Notes: generated from the sequence alone by a model not told the origin. DNA of 47,477 nucleotides from Promethearchaeota archaeon (GCA_030599585.1 JAUVNS010000024.1:1-47477); one strand, 5' to 3'. Positions 29,179 through 39,539 are shown, counted from the stretch's first letter. Made by a program: numbers and translations.

Positions 29179-29865
29179 CTATGGGATGATGAGTGAATAA
29201 AATATTAACCATCCTCCGATGATTAGTTCAAATAGAATCGCCACCAGACCACCGATAGAAAACAAGATTTTAAAGATTTTGGAGTCTTTAACATTAGGTT
29301 TTACAAATTTTATCCCATTACCGAAGCCAACGAAAATACTGGCAACAATTCCTAACCATCCAATAAATTGGGGAAGCGTTCCCACATAAGTAACTAACAC
29401 GATTGAAAATGCGAGTGTACCAATGGACCAAAAGATCATTGCAAAATCGAATCTAGAGCTTTTTGTTTTGGTAATTGTACGAGCTAAATCACTCAACGAA
29501 GTTCTTTCAGCACCATTAGTACCAGAATATTTTCTTGCTATGTTGAGAAGACCCCCGTAGTTTTTATCATTATAGCTAAGGATCAAGCCTTCTCCTATTC
29601 GAAAGATGGTCCAAACAATTCCAAGTATTATGTTATATTGACTAAAAACAATAAACAACATTATAGTAAGCGTAATGACGATTACATTATGTATGAGCGC
29701 TAACCCGATACCTATTTGAAATTTTTTTGGATCATCGTTAATCTGTTGTAGCTCAGCGTCTGAATTACCTATTTCTGCTTTATATCCTAATGCCGGTAGC
29801 AATATCAAATATAAAACTATAATCAACAGAAAGAGAAAACCAGCTACCCTCATTTCGATACTCAA
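29179..29865 (-). CDS. DUF4386-like membrane protein, paralog a
   Basis: R.AG.LFL N-terminus, R..E helix, P.FIGWLG, FELIIGGWL C-terminus; paralog of 32165-32818. Confidence 0.75.
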   Translation of the reverse strand: MSIEMRVAGFLFLLIIVLYLILLPALGYKAEIGNSDAELQQINDDPKKFQIGIGLALIHNVIVITLTIMLFIVFSQYNIILGIVWTIFRIGEGLILSYNDKNYGGLLNIARKYSGTNGAERTSLSDLARTITKTKSSRFDFAMIFWSIGTLAFSIVLVTYVGTLPQFIGWLGIVASIFVGFGNGIKFVKPNVKDSKIFKILFSIGGLVAILFELIIGGWLIFYSLIIP

Positions 29866-29915
29866 AGGGAATCCTCCAATTTATTCTTCATTTTTTTTTT
29901 AATATCTTGTGTAAT
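29862..29915 (-). pseudogene. 17-codon head-to-tail remnant of an internally deleted MDR oxidoreductase gene
   Basis: 5' end matches the MDR2 upstream sequence (GTGATAA-AAATTACACAAGATAT); 3' end matches the MDR4 terminus (GGATTCC-TTTGA overlapping the TTG of the DUF4386-like gene). Confidence 0.6.
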
Positions 29916-29985
29916 TTTTTATCACTTTTAGTTAAAAATTTTTTATTATTTAGAATTTAAAATAAAAATATAATTTATGAGGTGT

Positions 29986-30240
29986 TTATTCTTTACCTCG
30001 AATTAATTTTATCACAAAAATTGTAAGATAAATAGCTCCGATTGTAACACATATAATCGGAATCAACTGAGAAATGATACCAATAATCAAGCCTTCTGCC
30101 GTGCTAATAGAATCTAAAAAATCTTGCCAGCTTGCAATAGCGGGCATAGTCCAGCCTAATAGCGGAGGTATTACAAACATTGTGATTATAAAAATAACAA
30201 CCAGAATTATTCCAATAATGAATGCTGTCCATTTTTTCAT
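29986..30240 (-). CDS. 84-aa two-TM membrane protein, copy b
   Basis: Paralog of 25693-25947; AGGAG upstream. Confidence 0.85.
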   Translation of the reverse strand: MKKWTAFIIGIILVVIFIITMFVIPPLLGWTMPAIASWQDFLDSISTAEGLIIGIISQLIPIICVTIGAIYLTIFVIKLIRGKE

Positions 30241-30428
30241 ACAAATCTACTCCTTTAATTTTTTCATTTGATTTTTTTCACATCCATTTTTACATGATAT
30301 TTGGATTAATTTAATTAAAACATATGAGCTTTTAAAAAAAGACGTAATTTTTGCGTAAATATTTTTAAATTAAAAAAAAATTAAAAAATTGAATAAAAAA
30401 ATATTAAAAAAAAAATGGTTAAAAAAAA

Positions 30429-31052
30429 ATGATGAATAAAAATTTTTTTCGTGTTACTGGAATAGCAAATATAGTTTCTGCTGTATGTTTGTTATTATTT
30501 TGGTTTTTATATGCAATTTTGTTACCTATAAACGAAGTTCCTACAAATTATCATTTATTGATTCTTGATCCTGATTGGCTTCTTGTAAATGGTTTAGGAG
30601 TTATTGGATTTGTTTTAGCATTAGTCGGAATTTTAGGGATATTCTTCAAACAGTTTAATAATCTTACAGCGTTGGGAATGTTTGGTTTCTTGATAACTGT
30701 TGTAGGACAAGTATTATATAATGCGGGGATATATTACGAAACATTTATTTGGCCGATTCTTGCAGAAAGTGATCCTAGCCTAGTTACTTTATCTAGTGGA
30801 CCTATTTATTCTAATCCCGTCTTTTTCATGATGCAAATGTTGGCAGGTAGTATTTATGCTATAGGATTTCTAATTTTTGGAATATCAACTTATAAGACTA
30901 AATCTTTTTCTAAATGGACTATTCTTCTTCTCGTAATTGGAGTAGTTTTGTTTATTCCCGGTTTTTTTCCCTACTTAGTACGGACTGTGGGAATTGTTGC
31001 GTATGCGATAGGATTAATTTGGGTTGGATATACGCTAATTAAACAAGAATAG
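30429..31052 (+). CDS. Integral membrane protein (about 6 TM; possibly a distant DUF4386 relative)
   Basis: Hydrophobic segments; divergently transcribed within the array. Confidence 0.75.
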   Translation: MMNKNFFRVTGIANIVSAVCLLLFWFLYAILLPINEVPTNYHLLILDPDWLLVNGLGVIGFVLALVGILGIFFKQFNNLTALGMFGFLITVVGQVLYNAGIYYETFIWPILAESDPSLVTLSSGPIYSNPVFFMMQMLAGSIYAIGFLIFGISTYKTKSFSKWTILLLVIGVVLFIPGFFPYLVRTVGIVAYAIGLIWVGYTLIKQE

Positions 31053-31190
31053 AATCGTATTTAAAATAAAACTTTTTTTTTTATTTGTTCAAAAATTTTA
31101 CGAACAACCATAGTCTTCAACAATTACCGATCCAAAGGTAAGACTGAAATAATAATTAAAGATAAAAAAAAATTGCTTTCATACGCTTTG

Positions 31191-32120
31191 TTAGGTTTTG
31201 TTATTATGTTCCACAGTTATTACTACATTTCCTTTTTTGTGCCCTTTGTCAACATATCTATGAGCTTCTACGATCTGTTCCAACGGATAGGTTCTATCTA
31301 TGGCCGATTTTAGCTTTTCCGCTTCAACAAGCTCTTTGAGGTAAATTAAATCTTCAGTCTTTTCGCCGCCTACCCTATCATGAACTGACATGAATGTTCC
31401 CTTCGGAGTTAGTGCTTTCTTACGATTCGGTTTCGAGATTTTAGCAACGGCATCAAAAATGACATCGTAAAGCTCTCCTCTTTCTGTAAAATTCTCTTTA
31501 GTGTAATCAATTACTTTATCGGCTCCCAGAGATTTGACCAATTCTAAATTTGTGGTACTACAAACTCCGGTCACTTCTGCCCCAAAGTACTTAGCAAGCT
31601 GTACCGCAAACGTACCTACGCTTCCAGAAGCACCGTAGATAAGAACTTTTTGTCCGTTCTGGATATTAGCTTTTCTCATAAACTTCAATGCCATTACTGC
31701 CCCAGTAGAAAGTCCAGCTGCGGCCTCCTCAAAAGTCATATTTACCGGCTTTATTACTACTATTCCGTTTTCAGGCAGACATTTGTACTCAGCATAAGCA
31801 CCATAACCTACCCCGAAGGTAGACGCAAAAATGTGGTCACCTTTCTTAAATAGTGTAACATCCTTGCCAACGGCTTCAATTTCCCCGGCTAACTCCATTC
31901 CTAGTATAGGTTTTTTTGGTTTTTTGAAACCAAGAGCTATTCCTGCGATGAGCCTCATCCCACGAGGAACATCAAAACTTCGCATTCTAGTGTCACCCCG
32001 ATGTACTGTTGTCGCATATACTTTTACCAGAATTTCATTGTCTTTGGGAGTAGGTTTTTCTACCTCTTTGAGCTGAAGAACTTCCGGCGGTCCGTATTTT
32101 TCATATACAATCGCTTTCAT
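31191..32120 (-). CDS. NAD(P)-dependent MDR-family oxidoreductase, paralog 3
   Basis: [37 protein letters not shown]. Confidence 0.9.
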   Translation of the reverse strand: MKAIVYEKYGPPEVLQLKEVEKPTPKDNEILVKVYATTVHRGDTRMRSFDVPRGMRLIAGIALGFKKPKKPILGMELAGEIEAVGKDVTLFKKGDHIFASTFGVGYGAYAEYKCLPENGIVVIKPVNMTFEEAAAGLSTGAVMALKFMRKANIQNGQKVLIYGASGSVGTFAVQLAKYFGAEVTGVCSTTNLELVKSLGADKVIDYTKENFTERGELYDVIFDAVAKISKPNRKKALTPKGTFMSVHDRVGGEKTEDLIYLKELVEAEKLKSAIDRTYPLEQIVEAHRYVDKGHKKGNVVITVEHNNKT

Positions 32121-32164
32121 AATATTTTTTATCTCCGTTCTTTAAAAAATTTTATTTATTTAAT

Positions 32165-32818
32165 TTAATAAAAAAACAATAGCCATCCTCCCAAGACTAC
32201 TTCAAAAATCAGAATTAACAGCCCCCCTAAGTTCCACAGGATTTTAACATTAGGTTTTACTCGGAATATCCCGTTACCTAAGCCATAGAGAATGCTAGCA
32301 ATAATTCCAAACCATCCAATAATTGATGGTACAACTCCATAAGTAACAAACAGGATTGAGTATGCGAGTGTACCAATGGAGAATAAGATTTGTGCAAATG
32401 TGAATCGAGACTCTTTTGTATTAAGAATGCTGCGACCTAAATCAATTAATGTATCTCTTTTAGCACCACTAGTATCTGGGTATTTCATTGCTAGATCGAG
32501 GAGTCCCCAGTAGTTTTTTTTATCATAGATTTGGATCAAGGCTTCTCCTATTCGAGAGATAGCCCAAACAATTCCAAATATTATGTTATGAAAACTAAAA
32601 GCAATAAATAATGTTATAGCAAGAGAAATTATGCTAAAGTGTTCTATGAGGATTAGCACGAAGCCAATTTTAAATTTTTTTGGATCAGTGTTAATCTCTT
32701 GCAGTTTAGCGTCTGAACTCAAATCATTAAATGTTTTATAACCAAATTTACCACTTGCAATGTTTGTAATTATAATAAACAGAAAGAGAAAACCAGATAA
32801 TTTCGCTTCGATAATCAA
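32165..32818 (-). CDS. DUF4386-like membrane protein, paralog b
   Basis: TTG start overlapping the MDR4 stop; [23 protein letters not shown]. Confidence 0.75.
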   Translation of the reverse strand: MIIEAKLSGFLFLFIIITNIASGKFGYKTFNDLSSDAKLQEINTDPKKFKIGFVLILIEHFSIISLAITLFIAFSFHNIIFGIVWAISRIGEALIQIYDKKNYWGLLDLAMKYPDTSGAKRDTLIDLGRSILNTKESRFTFAQILFSIGTLAYSILFVTYGVVPSIIGWFGIIASILYGLGNGIFRVKPNVKILWNLGGLLILIFEVVLGGWLLFFY

Positions 32819-33768
32819 AAGGAATCCCCCATAGATATTATTACATGTCCTGTTTTCTCCCCTGTTTCGACATACATGTTGGCCTCGACAGTCTGTTCCA
32901 GCGGGTAGCTTCTATCTATGACTGATTTTATCTTTCCCGCCTCAATAAGCTCTTTAATGAAGAGTAAATCTTCAAGCTTTGGCTTGACTCCCGTACCCTT
33001 TATAACGTTAAGATAGAGTCCTGTCGACTTTAGAGTCTTTTTAGCTCGTGAAGACGAAATCTTGCCTACAATGTCAAGAATATAATCATAGGTCTCACCG
33101 CTTTTTGCGAAATCTTCTTGGGTGTAATCAATGACATGGTCTGCACCAATTGAGCGTAGCATGTCCAATTTATTCGTGCTGTCCACAGCAGTCACTTCAG
33201 CTCCGTAGTGTTTGGCCAGCTGTACCGCAAAAGAACCTATAGTTCCACCCGCACCATTAATCAGAACCTTTTGTCCGCTCTGGATATTTCCTTGCCTAAT
33301 ATAATCCAATGCTTCAAGACCCCCTACAGGAACGGCGGTAGCTTCTTCATAGGTCATATTGGTCGGTTTTATGGCCAGTATCACCCCTTCAGGTTTTTCA
33401 GGGTTTTCAGATTTTTCAGGTAGACATATATACTCAGCCCAAGCACCCATACCGATAAAACCGGTAGCTGCAAAAACTTGGTCACCTTTCTTAAATAGTG
33501 TTACATCTTTGCCTACTGATTCAATTTCCCCGGCTAACTCCATCCCTAGTTTAGTTATTCTCGTTGGTCTTCTGAGACCCACATATGCGCGCATGAGGTA
33601 CCTGAACTTGAGTGCGGTTTTCATCCTTCGCATTTCACAGTCCCCAGCTGTTACTGTTGTTGCATGTATTTTTATCAGTACTTCGTTGTCTTTGGGAGTA
33701 GGTTTTTCTACATCTTTGAGCTGGAGAACCTCAGGAGGGCCGTATTTTGTCCATACAATCGCCTTCAT
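32815..33768 (-). CDS. NAD(P)-dependent MDR-family oxidoreductase, paralog 4
   Basis: [16 protein letters not shown] (start 33768 by alignment with paralogs), [16 protein letters not shown]. Confidence 0.9.
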   Translation of the reverse strand: MKAIVWTKYGPPEVLQLKDVEKPTPKDNEVLIKIHATTVTAGDCEMRRMKTALKFRYLMRAYVGLRRPTRITKLGMELAGEIESVGKDVTLFKKGDQVFAATGFIGMGAWAEYICLPEKSENPEKPEGVILAIKPTNMTYEEATAVPVGGLEALDYIRQGNIQSGQKVLINGAGGTIGSFAVQLAKHYGAEVTAVDSTNKLDMLRSIGADHVIDYTQEDFAKSGETYDYILDIVGKISSSRAKKTLKSTGLYLNVIKGTGVKPKLEDLLFIKELIEAGKIKSVIDRSYPLEQTVEANMYVETGEKTGHVIISMGDSF

Positions 33769-33886
33769 AATAAGCCCTATTAGAATACATTCCATATAAA
33801 TTGATGTCTGGGTTAAGAATGATAATTCTTTTCCATTCTTTTCACTATTTTTTAAAATTGAACTGAAAAAAGTTATCTATCTAAAT

Positions 33887-35770
33887 TTAAATTATTGGAA
33901 GTGAAAAATAAAATGTAGAACCCTTGTTCCGACCTTCTGACTCAAACCACATCTTTCCATCATGTAATTCTACAATCTTTTTTGAAATATACAGACCTAA
34001 TCCAGAACCTTCTGAAAAAACATGAAATCCACTACTTTCTCTAGCTATTTTTCCAAATTTATTAAAAATCGTTATTTTTTCATCTTCTGTAAAACCAATT
34101 CCTCTATCTTTTATCGAAATAATAATAGATGTGTCTTTTATTTCTGATTTTATATTGATAATCGTATTATGGGGAGAGTATTTTATGGCGTTACTTAATA
34201 AGTTTGATATAACTTCATAAATTTGGTCTTCATTAAATTTAGTTAAAATAAGATTGGCTATGCCTAAATTAATATCTATTTCTCTCGTCTTGGCCAAGGA
34301 TTTTACTTCATTTACACAGAGTTTAATTAGTAAAGATAAATCTTCTTCTTTTGTATGTAGTTCAATTTTGCTAGTTTCTAATTTAGAACTTTCAATAAGT
34401 TTATGAATAATACCTTCAAGTCTAACGCAACCTTTTTGAATCCCTTCAATCATTTTTAATTGGTCCTGGTTAAGCTTTTCATCCTTTAATTTTATTAATT
34501 CCGCATAACCGTTTATGGTAGCTAAAGGAGTTTTTAGCTCGTGGGAAGCTCTACTAAGAAATTCAGTTTTTAAGTTGCTTACTTCTTGCAATTCCTTATT
34601 TTGCTCTTTTAATATCTTTTCGGCGTTTTTAATTTTTGAAATATCTTGAGTAATGATTTGAAATAGTGTTTCCTTTTTCAGTCTTACAATAGATGCTATC
34701 ATTGATACCCAAATAACACTTCCATCTTTTTTGTGGAGTTTTAATTCTTGCGGTTCTGGTATTTCACCTTTAATCAACTTATTAAGGTTATTAAAAACTA
34801 TTGCACTATGTTCTTTTGAGAAAAGGGGAAATTTTCTGAAGTTTTGTCCAACAAATTCCTCTTTTTTATATCCGAAAATCTTTTCTATATTAGAATTGCC
34901 TTGAATGACAATTCCTTTTGTATTTATTAAGCCAACAGCGTTAGGTGAGCTTTCAAAGAGCGATCTATATTTTTGTTCAGATTCTTTTAGTTTTTGCTCA
35001 GCTTCCTTTCTTTTAGTTATGGTTCTTGTGATACCAACAAGCCCAAAGGCAATCCCTTTCTCGTTTCGCATAGGATTAACTGTTACTTCGCATGGAATTA
35101 TAGATCCATTCTTATGATATTGTTCTAATTCTAATCTAAGCACAGGATTATAATTTCTATCTTTAATGTTTTTGGGTGTTATATGATTTTTTATCAATTT
35201 TCCAATTTTCTTTAGTGATTCTGGTGTGAACTTTTCGGTAATAGGACGAGCAATATCTTCCTCAACAGTGTAACCAAGGATATTTTTAATTGATGGGCTT
35301 ACATATGTAGTGTTTGTGTTGAGATCATTTGTCCAGATTATATCATTGATATTGCCTGCAAGTAGTTCATATTTTTGCTCGGTTTCTCGTTCTCTTGTAA
35401 TATCTCGTAAAACTGCAATAAGTTTTATGTTTCCGTTTTGCTTTACAATGGTACCCTTCGCAGATAAATAAACATAGTGACCATCCTTGTGTAATGCTCT
35501 GTATTCAACTTGCACCGGACCCCCAGATTTTATCAAGTTAGTAAATTTACTAGTTAATTTTGGCAAATCTTCTGGATGGATGAATTTGAACCCATTTAAT
35601 CCAATTACCTCTTCGGGTTTATAACCAAGAATATCATAAGCTTGAGGACTCACATAAGTGAAGATTCCATTCAATTCTGATTCTATGATTATATCTTGAA
35701 TATGATTAATAATTACCTGAAGTTTCTCATTTGAATCTTTAATTTCTTTACTAGAAGATGAATTTGACAT
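33887..35770 (-). CDS. Cytoplasmic sensor histidine kinase with three PAS domains
   Basis: Three PAS/PAC repeats, ASHELKTPL H-box, NLLSNAIKY, DRGIG, GSGLGL, GSTF. Confidence 0.94.
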   Translation of the reverse strand: MSNSSSSKEIKDSNEKLQVIINHIQDIIIESELNGIFTYVSPQAYDILGYKPEEVIGLNGFKFIHPEDLPKLTSKFTNLIKSGGPVQVEYRALHKDGHYVYLSAKGTIVKQNGNIKLIAVLRDITRERETEQKYELLAGNINDIIWTNDLNTNTTYVSPSIKNILGYTVEEDIARPITEKFTPESLKKIGKLIKNHITPKNIKDRNYNPVLRLELEQYHKNGSIIPCEVTVNPMRNEKGIAFGLVGITRTITKRKEAEQKLKESEQKYRSLFESSPNAVGLINTKGIVIQGNSNIEKIFGYKKEEFVGQNFRKFPLFSKEHSAIVFNNLNKLIKGEIPEPQELKLHKKDGSVIWVSMIASIVRLKKETLFQIITQDISKIKNAEKILKEQNKELQEVSNLKTEFLSRASHELKTPLATINGYAELIKLKDEKLNQDQLKMIEGIQKGCVRLEGIIHKLIESSKLETSKIELHTKEEDLSLLIKLCVNEVKSLAKTREIDINLGIANLILTKFNEDQIYEVISNLLSNAIKYSPHNTIINIKSEIKDTSIIISIKDRGIGFTEDEKITIFNKFGKIARESSGFHVFSEGSGLGLYISKKIVELHDGKMWFESEGRNKGSTFYFSLPII

Positions 35771-35800
35771 AATAATATTTTTTATTAAGTATTTATTTTC

Positions 35801-36064
35801 CTAATCGAGAGCTATAAATTCCGATTTTAATAGATTAAATAGTAACTCTTTCTTATCTTCATTAAGATCCTTAATTTCTTTTCCTTTAAATGTATCAATA
35901 TAATTCGGGCTCGATATTACCATAGTGAGTATAAGACAATTTTTGAATTCTAATTCGGTTAATGCCTCAGATTTGTTGTTTATCAAATCAGTCATATAAT
36001 CAATGTAATTGTCTATCCCATTATTCTCATGATATATCTTCAGAACATCATCATAACAATCCAT
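35801..36064 (-). CDS. Small acidic hypothetical protein upstream of the kinase
   Basis: MDCYDDVLKIYHEN...; protein-like composition; start placed at ATG 36064. Confidence 0.55.
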   Translation of the reverse strand: MDCYDDVLKIYHENNGIDNYIDYMTDLINNKSEALTELEFKNCLILTMVISSPNYIDTFKGKEIKDLNEDKKELLFNLLKSEFIALD

Positions 36065-36236
36065 ATTTAATCCACAATAAATAGAGTTAGATTCTATAAA
36101 ATGATATTTGTGTACAAAAATATTTATTACTTGGTAATTTTTGTACAAAAACTCAAATATATAATAATAAATCGCATTAATAAAATTAGGATAAAATCTT
36201 TCTGTTCTTATTAATAGAACGAATTCTCGATAGAAT

Positions 36237-36380
36237 TTACTTTTTAAAAAGACTTAAATAATTATCTATAATTCCAACTCCTATATCTTCGACAATATTA
36301 TCTATAGAATTATTTGATTCTACTAGTTTTATATAGAGTTTTCTTTTAGAGGGAGTATTTTTAATGGTTCATTTGCTAAA
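36237..36380 (-). pseudogene. Decayed fragment of a histidine-kinase HATPase_c domain
   Basis: Translates as ..IKNTPSKRKLYIKLVESNNSIDNIVEDIGVGIIDNYLSLFKK*, resembling N-box, G1 (DxGxG) and F-box; no start codon. Confidence 0.55.
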
Positions 36381-36406
36381 TTTTTTTGAAATCCTAATAG
36401 GTATTA

Positions 36407-37243
36407 TTAAGATTTTAAAATCTCATTTAACTTTTCTAATCTTTTATCTCTTGATAAACTGTCTTTCACAGGATTTAAACTCCCATAAAGACTCTTATGA
36501 TAGACTTCTCTCGTGTCTTGATAAAAAATTCCTATAGTGAATCGATGTGAATTCCTCGCAATATTTAATGCTTCTTCTCTTGACATAGGTTCTTTTTTTA
36601 GGTATTCAATTTTATCTTTGTATTCCTCCCATTTATGATACGGCATTGCTGGTTGGAGAACCTCAATAAATGAGAAGCCTTCATGTTCTATAGCTTTAAC
36701 GATAGTTTCAGTTAAATGTTTAATGTCTCCAGCATAAGTTCTCGCTACAAATGTAGCACCTACTTCTATTAGTAATGAAATTGCATTAAAGGGAACCTCA
36801 AAGCTTCCACCAGGAGTTGTAGGGCCTTTCCATCCTTTATCTGTTAAAGGAGAAAACTGCCCTGTAGTTAATGCGTAGACACCATTATTATGCAATATCA
36901 TTGTGATATCTTGATTTCTTTTAGCTGCGAATATTGTATGAGCTAATCCTTCACCTAATCCGTTTCCATCTCCAGAAAAGGTAATCACTTTTAAATTAGG
37001 ATTTGCTATTTTCATTCCTTCAGCATTCGAACTGTTTCTTCCATGCAGCCCATATAACCCGCTTAAATTCAAATAATCGAAGATTTTGGCGTGACATCCT
37101 ATACCAGCTGTTATTACAATATCTTCCCTCCTGATTCCTTTTGTTTCCAGTTTTGGGATTGCGTTTCTTAAAGCTGTAAAAATACCAAAATTCCCACAAC
37201 CAGGGCACCAAGTAATTTCGGCGTTTGTTTTAAGGTTTTCCAT
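36407..37243 (-). CDS. korB: 2-oxoacid:ferredoxin oxidoreductase beta subunit
   Basis: TWCPGCGNFG, GIGC, LHGR, GDG...NN TPP motif, YALTTGQ.SP; start placed at ATG 37243. Confidence 0.9.
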   Translation of the reverse strand: MENLKTNAEITWCPGCGNFGIFTALRNAIPKLETKGIRREDIVITAGIGCHAKIFDYLNLSGLYGLHGRNSSNAEGMKIANPNLKVITFSGDGNGLGEGLAHTIFAAKRNQDITMILHNNGVYALTTGQFSPLTDKGWKGPTTPGGSFEVPFNAISLLIEVGATFVARTYAGDIKHLTETIVKAIEHEGFSFIEVLQPAMPYHKWEEYKDKIEYLKKEPMSREEALNIARNSHRFTIGIFYQDTREVYHKSLYGSLNPVKDSLSRDKRLEKLNEILKS

Positions 37244-37244
37244 G

Positions 37245-38906
37245 TTATTCCAACTCCTCCCTAATTTTAATTGAAAGCTCAATTGGATCAAAGGGGCGAC
37301 CGTCGTATCTTTTAATCACGCTTCTAATGTTCAAACCCGCTTTTTCTTTAAGAAGAGATGCAAATTGTCCTGTAATGCTTTGTTCAATTACAATGTTGTC
37401 TTGATTTATAAATTCTACTAGTTCCCAAACAGGTAATGGGCTCAAATAAACCGGCTGAACGGTAGTTGGATTTAGTTTACCATACTTAAGTGCTTCTAAC
37501 ACGCTCATATAAGTAGAGCCATAAGCAAAAATATTAGTAGGGTGCTCTCCTCGAATGATATTAACTGTTTCTTGTGTTTTTAAATGTTCGATAAGCTCCG
37601 TTAGCTTTTTATTCCTTTTATTATGCATTTTTTCGATCATATTCGCACTCTCAGTTGTAATTCCAATCTCATCGTGTTCGTAACTATTCCATTTAATTAT
37701 TTCTTTAGAAGGTGGAAAGAGCATTGGCGAAATTCCATCGGCCGTGTCTTTATATCGTTTATAGTTTCCCCCATTATGCATCTTTGATTCTGCCCATTTA
37801 GCTCTATCAATATCTAAGTCTATCGTCATACTACTTTCGGATAAATGCTTCTCTGTTAGAAGAATACCGGGAGTTTGAAACTTCCAAACGAGATCTAACA
37901 TTTTAGCAGTTAAATAATACGCTTCTTCTACTGTTCCAGGTGATGCTATTATTCGTAAAAAATCACCGTGACCTGCGGATAGCGCAAAATTTAAGTCAGC
38001 TTGTTCAGTATAAGTCGGGACTCCAGTAGCAGGTCCAGGACGCATAGATAGCACGCATAGAATGGGCGTTTCTGTTATGCCTGCCAAGGATATGCCTTCG
38101 GTCATAAGAGCGAATCCTCCACCGCTGGTTCCAACCATAGACTTAGCACCTGTAAATGCTGCCCCTATTGCCATGTTAATTACCGCAAGTTCGCTTTCAG
38201 CATGAACAACCGCTAAACCAAAGTTTTCAGCTTGCTTTGCTAAAAAGTGTAGGATAGAAGAAGCAGGAGTCATGGGATAACCAAAATATGTGTCTAATCC
38301 CCCCGCTATCGCACCAAGGCTTATTGCATCGTTCCCTGTAATAATAGGTCTCTCTTTATATCCTCTTTCTAATGGGTATTTATTTTTACATCTTTCTTTT
38401 ACAATATCGTATATGGAATCTGCAAATTTTATATTATCTTCTATTCCTCGTGGATATTGGTTTTTGATATTTTGGTTCATTTGGTCTTTGCTCATTCCTA
38501 TCGTCGAAGATAATATAGCTACAGCTCCTACGCCATACATTAATTTCTTCATAGGATATTTTTCGGCTTCTGAACTTAATGGAATGCCAATACCATCAAC
38601 ATTTTCTTGTTCGTCTGAATTAAAAATGATAATACCTTTATCAGCTACGTCGTTAATGTGAGTATCACAACTTCTCTTATCGAAATTGACCACAAGGTTC
38701 GCTTTCATATAATGACTCGTAATCGAGTGAGAAGAAGTGCTTACAACAGAAAAATTATGACCACCCCTTATTAAGCTCATATAATCGTCCAGTTGGAACA
38801 CATGCCTTCCCATGCTAGAAAAAATATGTGCTGCTACTGATCCTGCTTTCTTTACACCTTCTCCAGCTTTACCTCCAACAAGAAACGTAAATACATCGTA
38901 AACCAT
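37245..38906 (-). CDS. korA: 2-oxoacid:ferredoxin oxidoreductase alpha subunit (with fused gamma domain)
   Basis: GGKAGEG, IRGGH, GYPMTPAS, ESE, TSGGGF.LM.E, RPGPATG.PT..EQAD. Confidence 0.92.
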   Translation of the reverse strand: MVYDVFTFLVGGKAGEGVKKAGSVAAHIFSSMGRHVFQLDDYMSLIRGGHNFSVVSTSSHSITSHYMKANLVVNFDKRSCDTHINDVADKGIIIFNSDEQENVDGIGIPLSSEAEKYPMKKLMYGVGAVAILSSTIGMSKDQMNQNIKNQYPRGIEDNIKFADSIYDIVKERCKNKYPLERGYKERPIITGNDAISLGAIAGGLDTYFGYPMTPASSILHFLAKQAENFGLAVVHAESELAVINMAIGAAFTGAKSMVGTSGGGFALMTEGISLAGITETPILCVLSMRPGPATGVPTYTEQADLNFALSAGHGDFLRIIASPGTVEEAYYLTAKMLDLVWKFQTPGILLTEKHLSESSMTIDLDIDRAKWAESKMHNGGNYKRYKDTADGISPMLFPPSKEIIKWNSYEHDEIGITTESANMIEKMHNKRNKKLTELIEHLKTQETVNIIRGEHPTNIFAYGSTYMSVLEALKYGKLNPTTVQPVYLSPLPVWELVEFINQDNIVIEQSITGQFASLLKEKAGLNIRSVIKRYDGRPFDPIELSIKIREELE

Positions 38907-39017
38907 TTATTTTAACCTCTATTTTTTAGACTAATTTTTGAATTAGCCCTAAAACATTTAAATATATGGGTTATAAATCCTAATTTTAAGATTTAGAAAA
39001 AAAAGAAAAGAGGGAAA

Positions 39018-39236
39018 TTATCGAGCTTTACTAACTCCCAGAATTTTTCGACAGTGAGGACAAAAGAAAATAGTCGTCATAATTGCTACTGGTGCTACCA
39101 TAACTTTAATGGTACTTACTTTTTGATGCATACCCGCTCCACCTTCTATTAAATCTTCAATATCTATTTCGATTTCACAATATGGACAAATGGGATTTAA
39201 ATCGCTTTTGAATTCGAACTTCTTTGAAAAGGACAT
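39018..39236 (-). CDS. Small zinc-ribbon protein
   Basis: CPYC...CPHCRKILG; ATG 39236 after GGTGA. Confidence 0.7.
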   Translation of the reverse strand: MSFSKKFEFKSDLNPICPYCEIEIDIEDLIEGGAGMHQKVSTIKVMVAPVAIMTTIFFCPHCRKILGVSKAR

Positions 39237-39539
39237 GCTAACTAATTTCACCAAGATATATTTAAAAGTATGCTTTATCGCTTCGAAGTGTAATTTCTCT
39301 TACTTCACTTTTTTTTGAAGCGAGCAATTAAGTTACCACTCAATTGTTTGTTCGAATGGCTTTTAAAACCGTTTACTAAATTTTTTAAAACACAATTCCT
39401 TTTAGGAAGTAAGTTTATATCGTAATTTTTATAATAATATTAATACAAAATTGAATTTATCTTAAAAATTATCAGAACAAACATTAAACCGAACTTAAAG
39501 AATCGAGACTTAATTCTTACAAATAGGGGAAAGATTACA

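Noticed and set aside
28976-29212. Long N-terminal extension of regulator R3 in the ORF track (374 aa)
   Set aside because: Paralogs R1 and R2 start at MDE; the extension is low-complexity AT-rich sequence overlapping the DUF4386-like gene.
30290-30428. Short palindromes in the divergent promoter region
   Set aside because: The sequence is extremely AT-rich with homopolymer runs, so such dyads are expected by chance.
19749-33768. Integron, CRISPR array or IS-based island
   Set aside because: No integrase, transposase, per-gene attC-like sites or regularly spaced short repeats were seen.
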